The notes under the pieces are model-generated. The model searched no databases. It was not told where the DNA came from and saw only the letters and a list, made by a program, of their open reading frames with translations. Position numbers and translations under genes: made by a program. From IMG/VR virus record IMGVR_UViG_3300017963_000189: a DNA stretch of 64,000 nt, one strand, 5' to 3'. Below, in pieces: positions 52,310 to 61,050 of this stretch. Numbering within the stretch: position 1 is the stretch's first letter; each line of letters starts with the position of its first letter. Origin of the DNA: a virus (Duplodnaviria; Caudoviricetes).

Positions 52310-52694
52310 TCTTTAATATCCCTTTTATTACATCAGCTAATGCTTTTAATCCCTCTAATGTGTCTACATGATATAAACCTACTCCAAATCCCTTATACCA
52401 TTCTTTAGGTGACGGACATCCACAATGACCAGCAACCCGAACAACCTGACCATATTCCTTATGTAACTTCTCGGCGACATCCGCAGGAATACCCGGCCCT
52501 CGACATACCCAATATGTCCACGCTCTCTCAAATCCCCAACCTGAACCCTTAATCTCTCCAATTACGGATGTAGGTACTTCACCATCAAAAGGGCGACTGA
52601 ATTTCGTATACTCAATACCAGCATACTTTAATTCTCTGATAATACCATCGTCACAATCCGCAACACCAGCATAATTCTTTAAATAATCATCCAT
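52302..52694 (-). CDS. conserved hypothetical protein
   Basis: GWGFERAWTYW...VRVAGHCGCPSP. Confidence 0.65.
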   Translation of the reverse strand: MDDYLKNYAGVADCDDGIIRELKYAGIEYTKFSRPFDGEVPTSVIGEIKGSGWGFERAWTYWVCRGPGIPADVAEKLHKEYGQVVRVAGHCGCPSPKEWYKGFGVGLYHVDTLEGLKALADVIKGILKNG

Positions 52695-52861
52695 TTCTAA
52701 TACCTTTCTCTTATCCTAATACCTCTATTTCATATCTACCATCAGGTAAATCATTAATTCTGTATGTTAAATGTTTCTTATCCAACTCTTTGATAGCTTT
52801 ACCGAGTTTGCTGACTACAAATCTCGCTATTACTCGTCCTTTCATTGTGTCGCCTTTCTTT

Positions 52862-53305
52862 TTATAAATTTCTTATCTCTATTGAATCATCATACTCTAA
52901 ATCGTATACATACTCTGTAGAATCACTTAAAATCTCAATCGTAGTCTCAACTAAAAAATCTGTATATACACCTAATGAATCCTTTGGTACAATATATATC
53001 TGCTGAGCTAATGTGTAATACTCATAATAATCTTCATCCCACGCGTACCAGATCATCGAAATCGCTAATACACTGTCACTCGTCAATTTTGTGATGTCTG
53101 CCATATCAGGTGATAAAAATAACATTCCATCGTCGCCATTTGTAATACAAAATAAATCACTATCATCAAAACTCGTTTCAAGTGAATCTAAAAATTGTGT
53201 TTCTAATGAACTATATTCAAGACCATCGGTTACCCAAATCGTTGTCGGTAACTCTTGACCAAAACTTATTCCAACTAATAAAATGAATATTAAACTAAAT
53301 CTCAT
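52862..53305 (-). CDS. acidic secreted protein
   Basis: Signal peptide MRFSLIFILLVGISFG-Q. Confidence 0.65.
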   Translation of the reverse strand: MRFSLIFILLVGISFGQELPTTIWVTDGLEYSSLETQFLDSLETSFDDSDLFCITNGDDGMLFLSPDMADITKLTSDSVLAISMIWYAWDEDYYEYYTLAQQIYIVPKDSLGVYTDFLVETTIEILSDSTEYVYDLEYDDSIEIRNL

Positions 53306-53449
53306 TAACCCATTTCTCCCATTCTTTACGGGTATACCATTTATCTCTATAATAATGTCCTTTACACTTCGGACAAAATATGTGAATTAAATCCATACCA
53401 CTAAGATTTTGCGTTCCCTTGTTACCACAAAATTTACATTTCTTTGATT

Positions 53450-53713
53450 TTATCTCCATGACTTACTAAATCTCATTGCTGATTCAGCACTACCACAATG
53501 CTTAATAGCTATAACAAAATGTGATCTTTCATCGTCACTAAAATTTCCATCTTTAAGACGTTCACTTTTATATTCGGCCCATGTCAATAAACGAAATAGA
53601 TTTCCGGTACGTTTTAATATCTTCATAATATTTTGAGCAACAGTCTCTGTTTCGCTCTTATATACTATTGATTCATACGGAAAATTTGTAAAATCTGCTG
53701 GATATTTTTTCAT
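53450..53713 (-). CDS. hypothetical protein
   Basis: GAAAGGA SD. Confidence 0.6.
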   Translation of the reverse strand: MKKYPADFTNFPYESIVYKSETETVAQNIMKILKRTGNLFRLLTWAEYKSERLKDGNFSDDERSHFVIAIKHCGSAESAMRFSKSWR

Positions 53714-53733
53714 AACGTTTCCTTTCTTATTTA

Positions 53734-53961
53734 TTAGTTTTTGTCAAAAACTCCATCAATCTCTACACTTAATCTTTCTTCTTCTGTCATTTCTCTAAAT
53801 GAATAAATAGCACGTTCCATCTTATTCAAGTCAGCAAAATGTGTTCCCGTTACGCGCCAATCTCTCGGTGATACATCCTTTGTAAACTCGTCGTAAACTT
53901 CTTTGAATTCCTGAAGTTTTTCTAACATTTTCTTTTTCTTCTTGTCAAATGACTTACTCAT
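53734..53961 (-). CDS. hypothetical protein
   Basis: Tiling ORF. Confidence 0.55.
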   Translation of the reverse strand: MSKSFDKKKKKMLEKLQEFKEVYDEFTKDVSPRDWRVTGTHFADLNKMERAIYSFREMTEEERLSVEIDGVFDKN

Positions 53962-54244
53962 TGTTAATCCTTTCTTCTATCGGTACATTAAGTTCAAATG
54001 AAGCAATCGGGTCGCCCATTGAATAAGGTACATACGCTTCAAAATCCTTAATCTCTTGAAGTGTACTTACTTCTTTACTTGTGTATATATGGATCACTCC
54101 GTCTTTGCCCTTTATATAATGATATAACGTTTTAAGACTTTCAACATATACTAATAATGTATATCCCACGGGCTTGAGCCAGGTGTTCGGTTCAACTTCC
54201 CTATATCCCATCTTAGTTAGTTCTTCTTTCATTTGTTTTCCCAA
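53954..54244 (-). CDS. hypothetical protein
   Basis: Tiling ORF. Confidence 0.55.
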   Translation of the reverse strand: MGKQMKEELTKMGYREVEPNTWLKPVGYTLLVYVESLKTLYHYIKGKDGVIHIYTSKEVSTLQEIKDFEAYVPYSMGDPIASFELNVPIEERINNE

Positions 54245-54678
54245 AATTTCTTGACTGCTTCTAAATACTCATTTAATTCATTCCATTCAGCTTCGCTGAT
54301 ACGCTCATACATTTCTACACTATACGTATCATATCTCTGGTAATCCTTTACCTCTTTCTTTATATTGATTTCTCCCTTTCTCATAGGGCTTCTTGGCTCG
54401 TCGCCGAAGAAAACTATTATAGCATCGGCTTCTACCCATATAACGCCATTAGAATCTAAATCAGCACTATGTAATTTGTAATAAAAACGCTGATCATTTC
54501 CAAAAGTACCTTTGTAATAAGCACCATTCTCATTGATGTCTTTTACTATCGCTAAATTTTTAGCATTAATCCTCTCAAATTCTTTCTCGTCGTTTATCTT
54601 GTCTTGCTTTTGAATCTCAAGATATTCGGCGCCTGTCTTGTCGGGATATTCACGCGCTAACTGATCAATAGTTCTCAT
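54229..54678 (-). CDS. hypothetical protein
   Basis: Tiling ORF. Confidence 0.6.
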   Translation of the reverse strand: MRTIDQLAREYPDKTGAEYLEIQKQDKINDEKEFERINAKNLAIVKDINENGAYYKGTFGNDQRFYYKLHSADLDSNGVIWVEADAIIVFFGDEPRSPMRKGEINIKKEVKDYQRYDTYSVEMYERISEAEWNELNEYLEAVKKFWENK

Positions 54679-54972
54679 TTATTTTCCCTCTTTATCATTC
54701 TCACTGAAATATTCATCTTCCCAAATGTTGTTCAACGGATATGGTTCTTCTTTCGCTATAATGTCGGATTCGGATACTAATATCGATCCACCGTCCTTAC
54801 ATAATATACCATACCATCTACCTTTTCTTTCTTCATCTGTTACAGGAACTTGTTGGGCATCTAACCATTCCTGACTTTGACCGGTTTCACTAAATACTAA
54901 ATAAATGTTAAATACACGTCCCTGATGTCCGTGTTTTCCTGTCCTTACATATTCGCCTAAATATGACTTCAT
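54679..54972 (-). CDS. hypothetical protein
   Basis: Tiling ORF. Confidence 0.6.
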   Translation of the reverse strand: MKSYLGEYVRTGKHGHQGRVFNIYLVFSETGQSQEWLDAQQVPVTDEERKGRWYGILCKDGGSILVSESDIIAKEEPYPLNNIWEDEYFSENDKEGK

Positions 54973-54974
54973 TT

Positions 54975-55181
54975 CTATTCCTCTCTTATTTTATCTATTG
55001 TGTCTTTAACGTCTTGTAACTCTTTATATACTTGTGTCGTGTTTTCGCCAATAATAAACCTAATCCGCTTCCGTTTATTTGGAAAAAACGGTAATGCGGG
55101 AACGGTTATATAATACTTAATCTTCCTTACTCTATATCCCTTATATTCGCCTTCTAACAATGTGTCAAATTTCTTTATCAT
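54975..55181 (-). CDS. hypothetical protein
   Basis: Tiling ORF. Confidence 0.5.
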   Translation of the reverse strand: MIKKFDTLLEGEYKGYRVRKIKYYITVPALPFFPNKRKRIRFIIGENTTQVYKELQDVKDTIDKIREE

Positions 55182-55184
55182 GAT

Positions 55185-55451
55185 TTATCCTAATTTGTTG
55201 ATAATCCAAATACCAATTCCAGCAACTACCATTGATCCATGTATAATGTATTCAGCTAATATGAATGTTTCTTTGATTTCAACTGATGTTAATTGTGTGT
55301 CTAATGACATAACTGAAAGTATAAAAGCTATAACTAAAGCTATGAAAAGTTCAAAAAATAATATCCTCTTTCCATAATACTTAACAAACGCCCAAATTAT
55401 ATCCCACTTCGTTATATCCCACATATTACTCTCCTTTATATGACCATTCAA
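55185..55451 (-). CDS. membrane protein
   Basis: Two TM segments. Confidence 0.5.
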   Translation of the reverse strand: MNGHIKESNMWDITKWDIIWAFVKYYGKRILFFELFIALVIAFILSVMSLDTQLTSVEIKETFILAEYIIHGSMVVAGIGIWIINKLG

Positions 55452-55611
55452 AGTTCGGTTCTAATTTTAATATCTTGTTTTCAATATCCCAAAATCGTTT
55501 TAATGCTTCATCCGCAGCTTTCATCGTATAAGCTTTACTTACTTCCTCTTTGTATATTCTTTCATGTTCAACTTTTAATTTTTCTAATGTAGTCATTTTT
55601 TCTTTCCTCAT
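55426..55611 (-). CDS. hypothetical protein
   Basis: First gene after the promoter at 55624. Confidence 0.5.
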   Translation of the reverse strand: MRKEKMTTLEKLKVEHERIYKEEVSKAYTMKAADEALKRFWDIENKILKLEPNFEWSYKGE

Positions 55612-55623
55612 TTATTATATCTA

Positions 55624-55652
55624 AATATACGAAAAAATAGCGTATTTGTCAA
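55624..55652 (-). promoter_or_regulatory. sigma70-type promoter (repeat family)
   Basis: CAGAAAACAG-TTGACA-N17-TATATT. Confidence 0.85.
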
Positions 55653-55762
55653 CTGTTTTCTGATATTTCTGAAATCAATAAGCCTCTCAGCATTCAAAAT
55701 CCCAATACCTAAAATCAACATCAATAATAACCAACTACCTAATAAAATGATTCTGATGTCCA

Positions 55763-56104
55763 CTACATATTCTCCAATTTCTCTTTTAATCTTTTCGCCT
55801 TGTTCGCGAAAAATTCGTAATGTAAATCACCCTCACCAAGCGCGTCTCTCATATATTCAGCATCCTCGATTTCCTGCTTCAATCTGTATTCGTAACTGTC
55901 CTCTACAAAATCTAAATCAAATGATTCCTTTGAAGCGGATCGCGATCCAGGTCCATCCCACCTGTCTATAAAAATGTTGTCGTTTTTATATCCATTATCT
56001 TTCAACCATCTATCCCTCGCCAAAATCGTCCTAAAATACTTCGTGTCAACATGAACGTCACTACGATCATATTCCTCGTAAATCTTGACTACATGAACTT
56101 TCAT
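55763..56104 (-). CDS. hypothetical protein
   Basis: AAGGAG SD; promoter upstream. Confidence 0.65.
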   Translation of the reverse strand: MKVHVVKIYEEYDRSDVHVDTKYFRTILARDRWLKDNGYKNDNIFIDRWDGPGSRSASKESFDLDFVEDSYEYRLKQEIEDAEYMRDALGEGDLHYEFFANKAKRLKEKLENM

Positions 56105-56132
56105 CTTCTGACTCCTTTTTTAATGTCACTAT

Positions 56133-56161
56133 AATATAATACATTTTAGCGTCATTGTCAA
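56133..56161 (-). promoter_or_regulatory. sigma70-type promoter (repeat family)
   Basis: CAGAAAACAG-TTGACA-N17-TATATT. Confidence 0.85.
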
Positions 56162-56342
56162 CTGTTTTCTGATATTTCTTTCAATGCTGGCAATATATTT
56201 TATCCTCTCATATCATATACACCGGGGCGCGTCTCAAAAAGCGACCTCACGACACAAGCACACAATGTTGAGCGCACCGGTGCTGCTGCTCTTCTGTTTT
56301 CCTGACTTTCCCCCTGTCTCCGTGTACCCGTGTCCAGCGCAT

Positions 56343-56372
56343 AAAAAAAACCGGACTCAAAAGAATCCGGTT
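56343..56372 (-). terminator. intrinsic terminator
   Basis: AACCGGATTC-TTTT-GAGTCCGGTT followed by a T run. Confidence 0.65.
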
Positions 56373-56485
56373 CGCGGGGTGCGCTACCATGCAGCTCGTA
56401 TACGTTATAACTCGTTTGTCTACTCGTAAGTATGACTCACTCTTATATATTATACTCAGGGATACGGTTAAAAGTTCCCTAAAAT

Positions 56486-56520
56486 AGAAAAAACCGAGGT
56501 GTGACCAGCACCTCGGCTTT
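56486..56520 (-). terminator. intrinsic terminator
   Basis: CCGAGGTG-CTGGTCA-CACCTCGG-TTTTTT. Confidence 0.8.
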
Positions 56521-56650
56521 CCTTGCAAGAACGAGTAGGTATAGGAAAGGAGTTAACTATACCATACTCTTGTTTATAGTCCGAGACACCACTCTCAGAC
56601 TTATTAACCGGGACACCACTCCCGGTTATCCCCAACTAACCACCTATCCT
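56486..56650 (-). ncRNA. candidate multi-hairpin sRNA downstream of the AAA+ gene
   Basis: Two hairpins with identical GTGGTG loops, one with an anti-SD-like loop (AACTCCTTTC), then the terminator. Confidence 0.5.
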
Positions 56651-56656
56651 ATATAA

Positions 56657-57943
56657 TTAGTTTGTAAAGAAATCTTCGTCCTCGTTGAATAGATCATCCG
56701 TTTCATTGTTTTCCGATTCCTCTACTTCCTGTACTTCTACTTTTGGTTTCGCCATTGGAAATGTGTCTACATTATCCAAATGACTTTCACCTTGTACAAC
56801 TTGTCTCATGTGCGCTCTCTCAGATTCCCCGACTCCGCCTTCATCGTCGTACATTGGAAATACGACAGCTTCCATTACCTCGGTGAACTTGAAACCATCA
56901 ATCAATAACGCGACCTGCTCAACAGTTGACCGTGTCGAAATAATAGTTGATAATTCCGGTTCCTCGGATATAACGTTTTCTCGTGTATACCAAGCAACTT
57001 TGGCGATACCCTTGAGTAATTCTTTATTCACTTTAGGATATAACAACTTCAAAAGATTATATTCTTCATCTTCCGTTAAAACAGGTATATCTACTATTGT
57101 GGTGAATCTATCTTTTGTCGCCCGATCAATCTGACGAGTTGATGTATATTCCGTACCAACGTTCTCAGTACCAAAGAAACATACACCATCAGCAACCTCA
57201 ACTACAGGGGTATCAGGATGTTCGTCAATTCTGAGATAACGTTGATCTTTGTCAAGTACCGTTAAAAGGATATTCTCGGCGTCATTGGAAAGCCGTGAGA
57301 CTTCATCCAAAACTACCACTGCACCCGGAGTAGTAATCGCTGTAACGAATTCACTTTTGGCGAAATACGTACCTTTATCAGGATCGTAGTGAGTATTACC
57401 AATCAAAGCTGTACGAGCGTCCTGCATCGCTCCAAGATTAAACTTGAAAACTGGGCGACCATACGCTTTTGCTAATGTAGTAGCAGTTAAAGTTTTTCCA
57501 CCACCACTATGACCATTAAATAATATATTTTCTCCGCGTAACAGAGCACGTACACTATATTTCCAATGAAGTTCTGAAAGAACTAAGGTATTAGGTTTTT
57601 TAGCGTAAGCGTTCATTACACCGGTTCTTACTTCATCATCAGTAAGTTTCTTATACTCATTATCATTAGAGTTTTCGCCAGACGAAACACCGGGATCGGC
57701 GAACGGACTCGTATACGATTTTGGTAACTTGTCCTTTTCAATACGACGCCAGATAACGTTCCCCGCTTTGGAAACTTTCTTACCAAGATAACGTTCCCTG
57801 TCTACGGCGAAACGGCGAGCCCCATAAGGAATAGTTTCATTCACCGGTTCACGGGATAAAACTTCCACGGGTACTAATTTGTTTCCCTCTCTTATTACTT
57901 CTACAATAATGTCAAATGAATCTTGTTTTTTATTTTTCGCCAT
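56657..57943 (-). CDS. MoxR/CobS-like AAA+ ATPase
   Basis: Walker A GHSGGGKT, FNLG, Walker B VVLDEVSR, GTEN...DRATKDRF, STR. Confidence 0.88.
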   Translation of the reverse strand: MAKNKKQDSFDIIVEVIREGNKLVPVEVLSREPVNETIPYGARRFAVDRERYLGKKVSKAGNVIWRRIEKDKLPKSYTSPFADPGVSSGENSNDNEYKKLTDDEVRTGVMNAYAKKPNTLVLSELHWKYSVRALLRGENILFNGHSGGGKTLTATTLAKAYGRPVFKFNLGAMQDARTALIGNTHYDPDKGTYFAKSEFVTAITTPGAVVVLDEVSRLSNDAENILLTVLDKDQRYLRIDEHPDTPVVEVADGVCFFGTENVGTEYTSTRQIDRATKDRFTTIVDIPVLTEDEEYNLLKLLYPKVNKELLKGIAKVAWYTRENVISEEPELSTIISTRSTVEQVALLIDGFKFTEVMEAVVFPMYDDEGGVGESERAHMRQVVQGESHLDNVDTFPMAKPKVEVQEVEESENNETDDLFNEDEDFFTN

Positions 57944-57978
57944 TTGGCGACTCCTTAATTAGTGATCAATAATACTAT

Positions 57979-58007
57979 AATATAATAAATATAATCTACA
58001 ATGTCAA
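57979..58007 (-). promoter_or_regulatory. sigma70-type promoter (repeat family)
   Basis: CAGAAAACAG-TTGACA-N17-TATATT. Confidence 0.85.
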
Positions 58008-58019
58008 CTGTTTTCTGGT

Positions 58020-58304
58020 TTATTTTCTAAGTTTATCGTTTATACTTTTTGGATAATGCTTACCTGCTCTCTTAGATACATAGTTGAAAATCCGTGATCC
58101 GCATTCCATACATTCGCCGAAATGACCTTTCATTTTTATAGTTCCAACGGAAAACTTAGTGTCGTTCGGCAAGAAACCAAACCCTGTCGGTAACTCCAGA
58201 GTCCCTGTTCCATCGGCCCATACATCGCCCCCACCTTTACAATCGGGACACTCCATATAGTTTTTCTTCTTGTCATACTTTTTAATCTTTGGTAAATCTG
58301 ACAT
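58020..58304 (-). CDS. Zn-ribbon protein
   Basis: CPDC...CMEC; GAAAGGA SD. Confidence 0.6.
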   Translation of the reverse strand: MSDLPKIKKYDKKKNYMECPDCKGGGDVWADGTGTLELPTGFGFLPNDTKFSVGTIKMKGHFGECMECGSRIFNYVSKRAGKHYPKSINDKLRK

Positions 58305-58333
58305 CTTAGTTCCTTTCTAAATGTTACAATACA

Positions 58334-58362
58334 AATATAACTAATTACCGCTTAACAGTCAA
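58334..58362 (-). promoter_or_regulatory. sigma70-type promoter (repeat family)
   Basis: CAGAAAACAG-TTGACT-N17-TATATT. Confidence 0.75.
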
Positions 58363-58404
58363 CTGTTTTCTGATCTTTTTTTCATTAACCTTTTCGCCAA
58401 CGAG

Positions 58405-58562
58405 CTCGGAAAAAGAGGCGAACCGCGCACGGAGTCTGGCCTGTTATCCCACAATACAATATAATAAATTAATAGTCAACAGTCAACTGTTTTCTGAGAA
58501 AAGCGTCCCAGCTAAATGGACACTGGAACACGGTTTATTTTCGCGCACTCGGAAAAAGAGGC
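58405..58562. repeat. 15-bp direct repeat CTCGGAAAAAGAGGC (58405-58419, 58548-58562)
   Basis: Two identical copies in non-coding DNA; also ACACGGTTTAT at 58528-58538 and 58627-58637. Confidence 0.8.
58458..58486 (-). promoter_or_regulatory. sigma70-type promoter (repeat family)
   Basis: CAGAAAACAG-TTGACT-N17-TATATT. Confidence 0.75.
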
Positions 58563-58760
58563 TATACCTTTATTTCAGGAAGCCATTAGCATGCCCGTAT
58601 TTTTATTGTAGGACGGCGTCCCTGTGACACGGTTTATACCCTTGTTGGAAATGATCTTTGGAAATGGGGCGCCAATAACGCCGTCACACAAGCACACCGT
58701 GGTGCTGAGACAATTTGATATTCTTTTATGGGCGTTATGGAATACTAAGTGTATAACTGA

Positions 58761-58800
58761 AAGTGGTTGACAGTGGTGTAAAGTGGTTGATTGTGGATAT
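58761..58800. repeat. 10-bp phased repeats (iteron-like)
   Basis: AAGTGGTTGA-CAGTGGTGTA-AAGTGGTTGA-TTGTGGATAT. Confidence 0.6.
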
Positions 58801-59055
58801 TTGAAAAATATTTCAAAAGCGTAAAGACAATAACGAGACTCTTTACAGAATATGTGATAAAGTATTGAGGCTCAACGGAGTTAGATGAACTGTAGTACAG
58901 TAATGGTGGGATATGAATGGCGAAGGTACAACTGTGTCATTTTGGTATATGATAAGGTGTGAACAGGGACACTGAGAATAGTGGAGTAGTTTACAGGGAT
59001 GAAAGGAATGAGTAGATTTATATTAAAAAAGGATTTTATGAGTTGAATAAATTTC

Positions 59056-59316
59056 TTATTGTTGACCGATTGTTTTAGATTTAGATTTACCACATCGTAT
59101 ACATTTGTATTGTACGATAAAGGGAATTAAGGGAGTAGTCAGGAACGCTGTTAGTATACCGGTAATAGGGTTAGATGAATTTGGTTGTTTAATATCATTA
59201 GGGTTAGAGATTTCATATTTATGAATTCCGAGTATACATCTAACAGAGAATGATTTCTTTTTAGGTTTATTTCTTAGAGTAATTCCGTGAGTGTCATATA
59301 GATTTCTTTTATTCAT
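59056..59316 (-). CDS. hypothetical protein
   Basis: CILGIHKY...CIRCGK. Confidence 0.55.
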   Translation of the reverse strand: MNKRNLYDTHGITLRNKPKKKSFSVRCILGIHKYEISNPNDIKQPNSSNPITGILTAFLTTPLIPFIVQYKCIRCGKSKSKTIGQQ

Positions 59317-59334
59317 ATTACTATGTCCTTTATA

Positions 59335-59601
59335 TTAGTCAAATAGTTTTTTACATTTTTCAGCAGTTTCATTTACAGTATCATTATTATTTTTGTTGTC
59401 GCCACAAAAGATGTAATGAAGTTTTTTGAGTAGTTCTCTCAATGGATAATTTCCCGGTTCCAGGAGTTGTTCTTTTTTGACGATCATTTTATGTACTTTT
59501 TTATGATGTTTGAATACCCATCTTAACATTTCTATTTCGTCTTTATTAAATGTAAGTGTTAATTCTTCTATCGTATTATTTGTTTTGATTGATGCTTTCA
59601 T
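59335..59601 (-). CDS. hypothetical protein
   Basis: Tiling ORF. Confidence 0.5.
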   Translation of the reverse strand: MKASIKTNNTIEELTLTFNKDEIEMLRWVFKHHKKVHKMIVKKEQLLEPGNYPLRELLKKLHYIFCGDNKNNNDTVNETAEKCKKLFD

Positions 59602-59622
59602 ATTGTGATCCTTTATTTTTTA

Positions 59623-59883
59623 TTATGTCGCCTCGACATCATGAGTATTTACTAATGTAGAATGATTAGTTTGTTGACATTCATGTAATGTCATTAGAAT
59701 AAGATTTCTTACAGCGTTATCGTATACAAATGATCTTGAAAGTGAATCAGTCCATTGACCGAGTTTCAGTCTCAGGTAGTGATATTGTTCTCTATACTCA
59801 GCGTCACTGATATGCGGTTCATGAAGTGATCCCATATTAAATTGATGTAGAGTTTGACAAATTTCAAGTATATTTTTATTCAT
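59623..59883 (-). CDS. hypothetical protein
   Basis: AAGGA SD. Confidence 0.5.
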   Translation of the reverse strand: MNKNILEICQTLHQFNMGSLHEPHISDAEYREQYHYLRLKLGQWTDSLSRSFVYDNAVRNLILMTLHECQQTNHSTLVNTHDVEAT

Positions 59884-60213
59884 TTTTTATTCCTTTTTCT
59901 TTATTGATTTGATTTATCAGTGATTGTATATATTGTAAATGAGCGTAATAGGAACCTGAGTAAGTCCAATTTCCATTTTCTTCAAGACGTTTTGCTTCTA
60001 TTAATTCACGTTCTAAACGTTCAAGTTTAGTCATTTTCATATCCTCTCCAGATGATGATTACGATTTTTTTGTAGTCATATATTTCAAATAGTTTATAGT
60101 TATGTGGTTTCTTTTTATGTTTATGGAATGTAAGAGTATGTGGATTCCATTCATATATTTCTTTTTTCATTTAGTGTCCTTTCATCAGAGAACCGAATGT
60201 TTTTTATTAAAGA

Positions 60214-60420
60214 TTAACTGGTATCTTTTGTCATTTGATTATACAGGGAAGTAAGACATCTTTTTTGTTCTTTAGACAGTTTACCTTGATTAAGTTGTAG
60301 GAATAGTTCTCTTATTTTTTTAATCGCCTCATTAATATCGTCTTGGATCAAGATTCTATTAGGTTGAGTAGACAGAATAATAGCTCCCTTTGTAGTAAAT
60401 TCTTTTGGTTGATTTTTCAT
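60214..60420 (-). CDS. hypothetical protein (weak paralogous helical motif)
   Basis: LSKEQKRCLTSLYN. Confidence 0.5.
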   Translation of the reverse strand: MKNQPKEFTTKGAIILSTQPNRILIQDDINEAIKKIRELFLQLNQGKLSKEQKRCLTSLYNQMTKDTS

Positions 60421-60678
60421 TGTATTATATTTTACCTCTTATGTATTCAATTTTTATACGTCACCGAGGCGTAATTTAATTAAAGATTAATTGGTGACTC
60501 TCTCACTCCGTGAAATAGAATTCTTTAAGTTCTTTAATTATTTCATGAACTTGTGCTAATGCTATAGAGTAGTCCATTTCATCAGGGAAATCAGGGAGTT
60601 TAACCGCAGTTTCCAATTTATCTACGAGTTCATCTTTCCATTCGTTATTTGCTTCTGCTATACCTGCTGATATTATAC

Positions 60679-61050
60679 TCATTTTTCTTCGTCCTTTCCG
60701 TCGTATTCATTATATTTAAACCACAAGACATTATAGTAAGGGATAAACAGATTACCGTCGAAGTCTTTACAGTTATGTAGAGTAATGAAGTCAAACATAG
60801 CTTTCATAGTTACATCTTCGCAGTAGAATGTAGCAGCTATCATACTATCTTTATATTTCACTTGTACTTTATATTTGTATACCGTGTTACTTATGAGATT
60901 ATCATTTTGGATTTCGCCAGTTGGAATTGTGTTATTTTGTTCGGCGTCACTGTTACAACCGTATACAAAAAGACTTATCACAAAACAAACGAGTACCGCG
61001 AATCCGATTCTAATCCAAATATCTGCTTCATCCATATCTTTATATTTCAT
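60679..61050 (-). CDS. putative lipoprotein
   Basis: Hydrophobic stretch then FVYGC. Confidence 0.55.
   Translation of the reverse strand: MKYKDMDEADIWIRIGFAVLVCFVISLFVYGCNSDAEQNNTIPTGEIQNDNLISNTVYKYKVQVKYKDSMIAATFYCEDVTMKAMFDFITLHNCKDFDGNLFIPYYNVLWFKYNEYDGKDEEK

Noticed and set aside
56224-56290. tmRNA (GGGGCGC start)
   Set aside because: No TTCGAC-like 5' motif, no T arm/CCA end and no tag ORF.
56247-59093. Minus-strand ORFs 56247-56528 and 58881-59093
   Set aside because: They cross terminators and structured or repeat non-coding DNA, with atypical composition and no SD.
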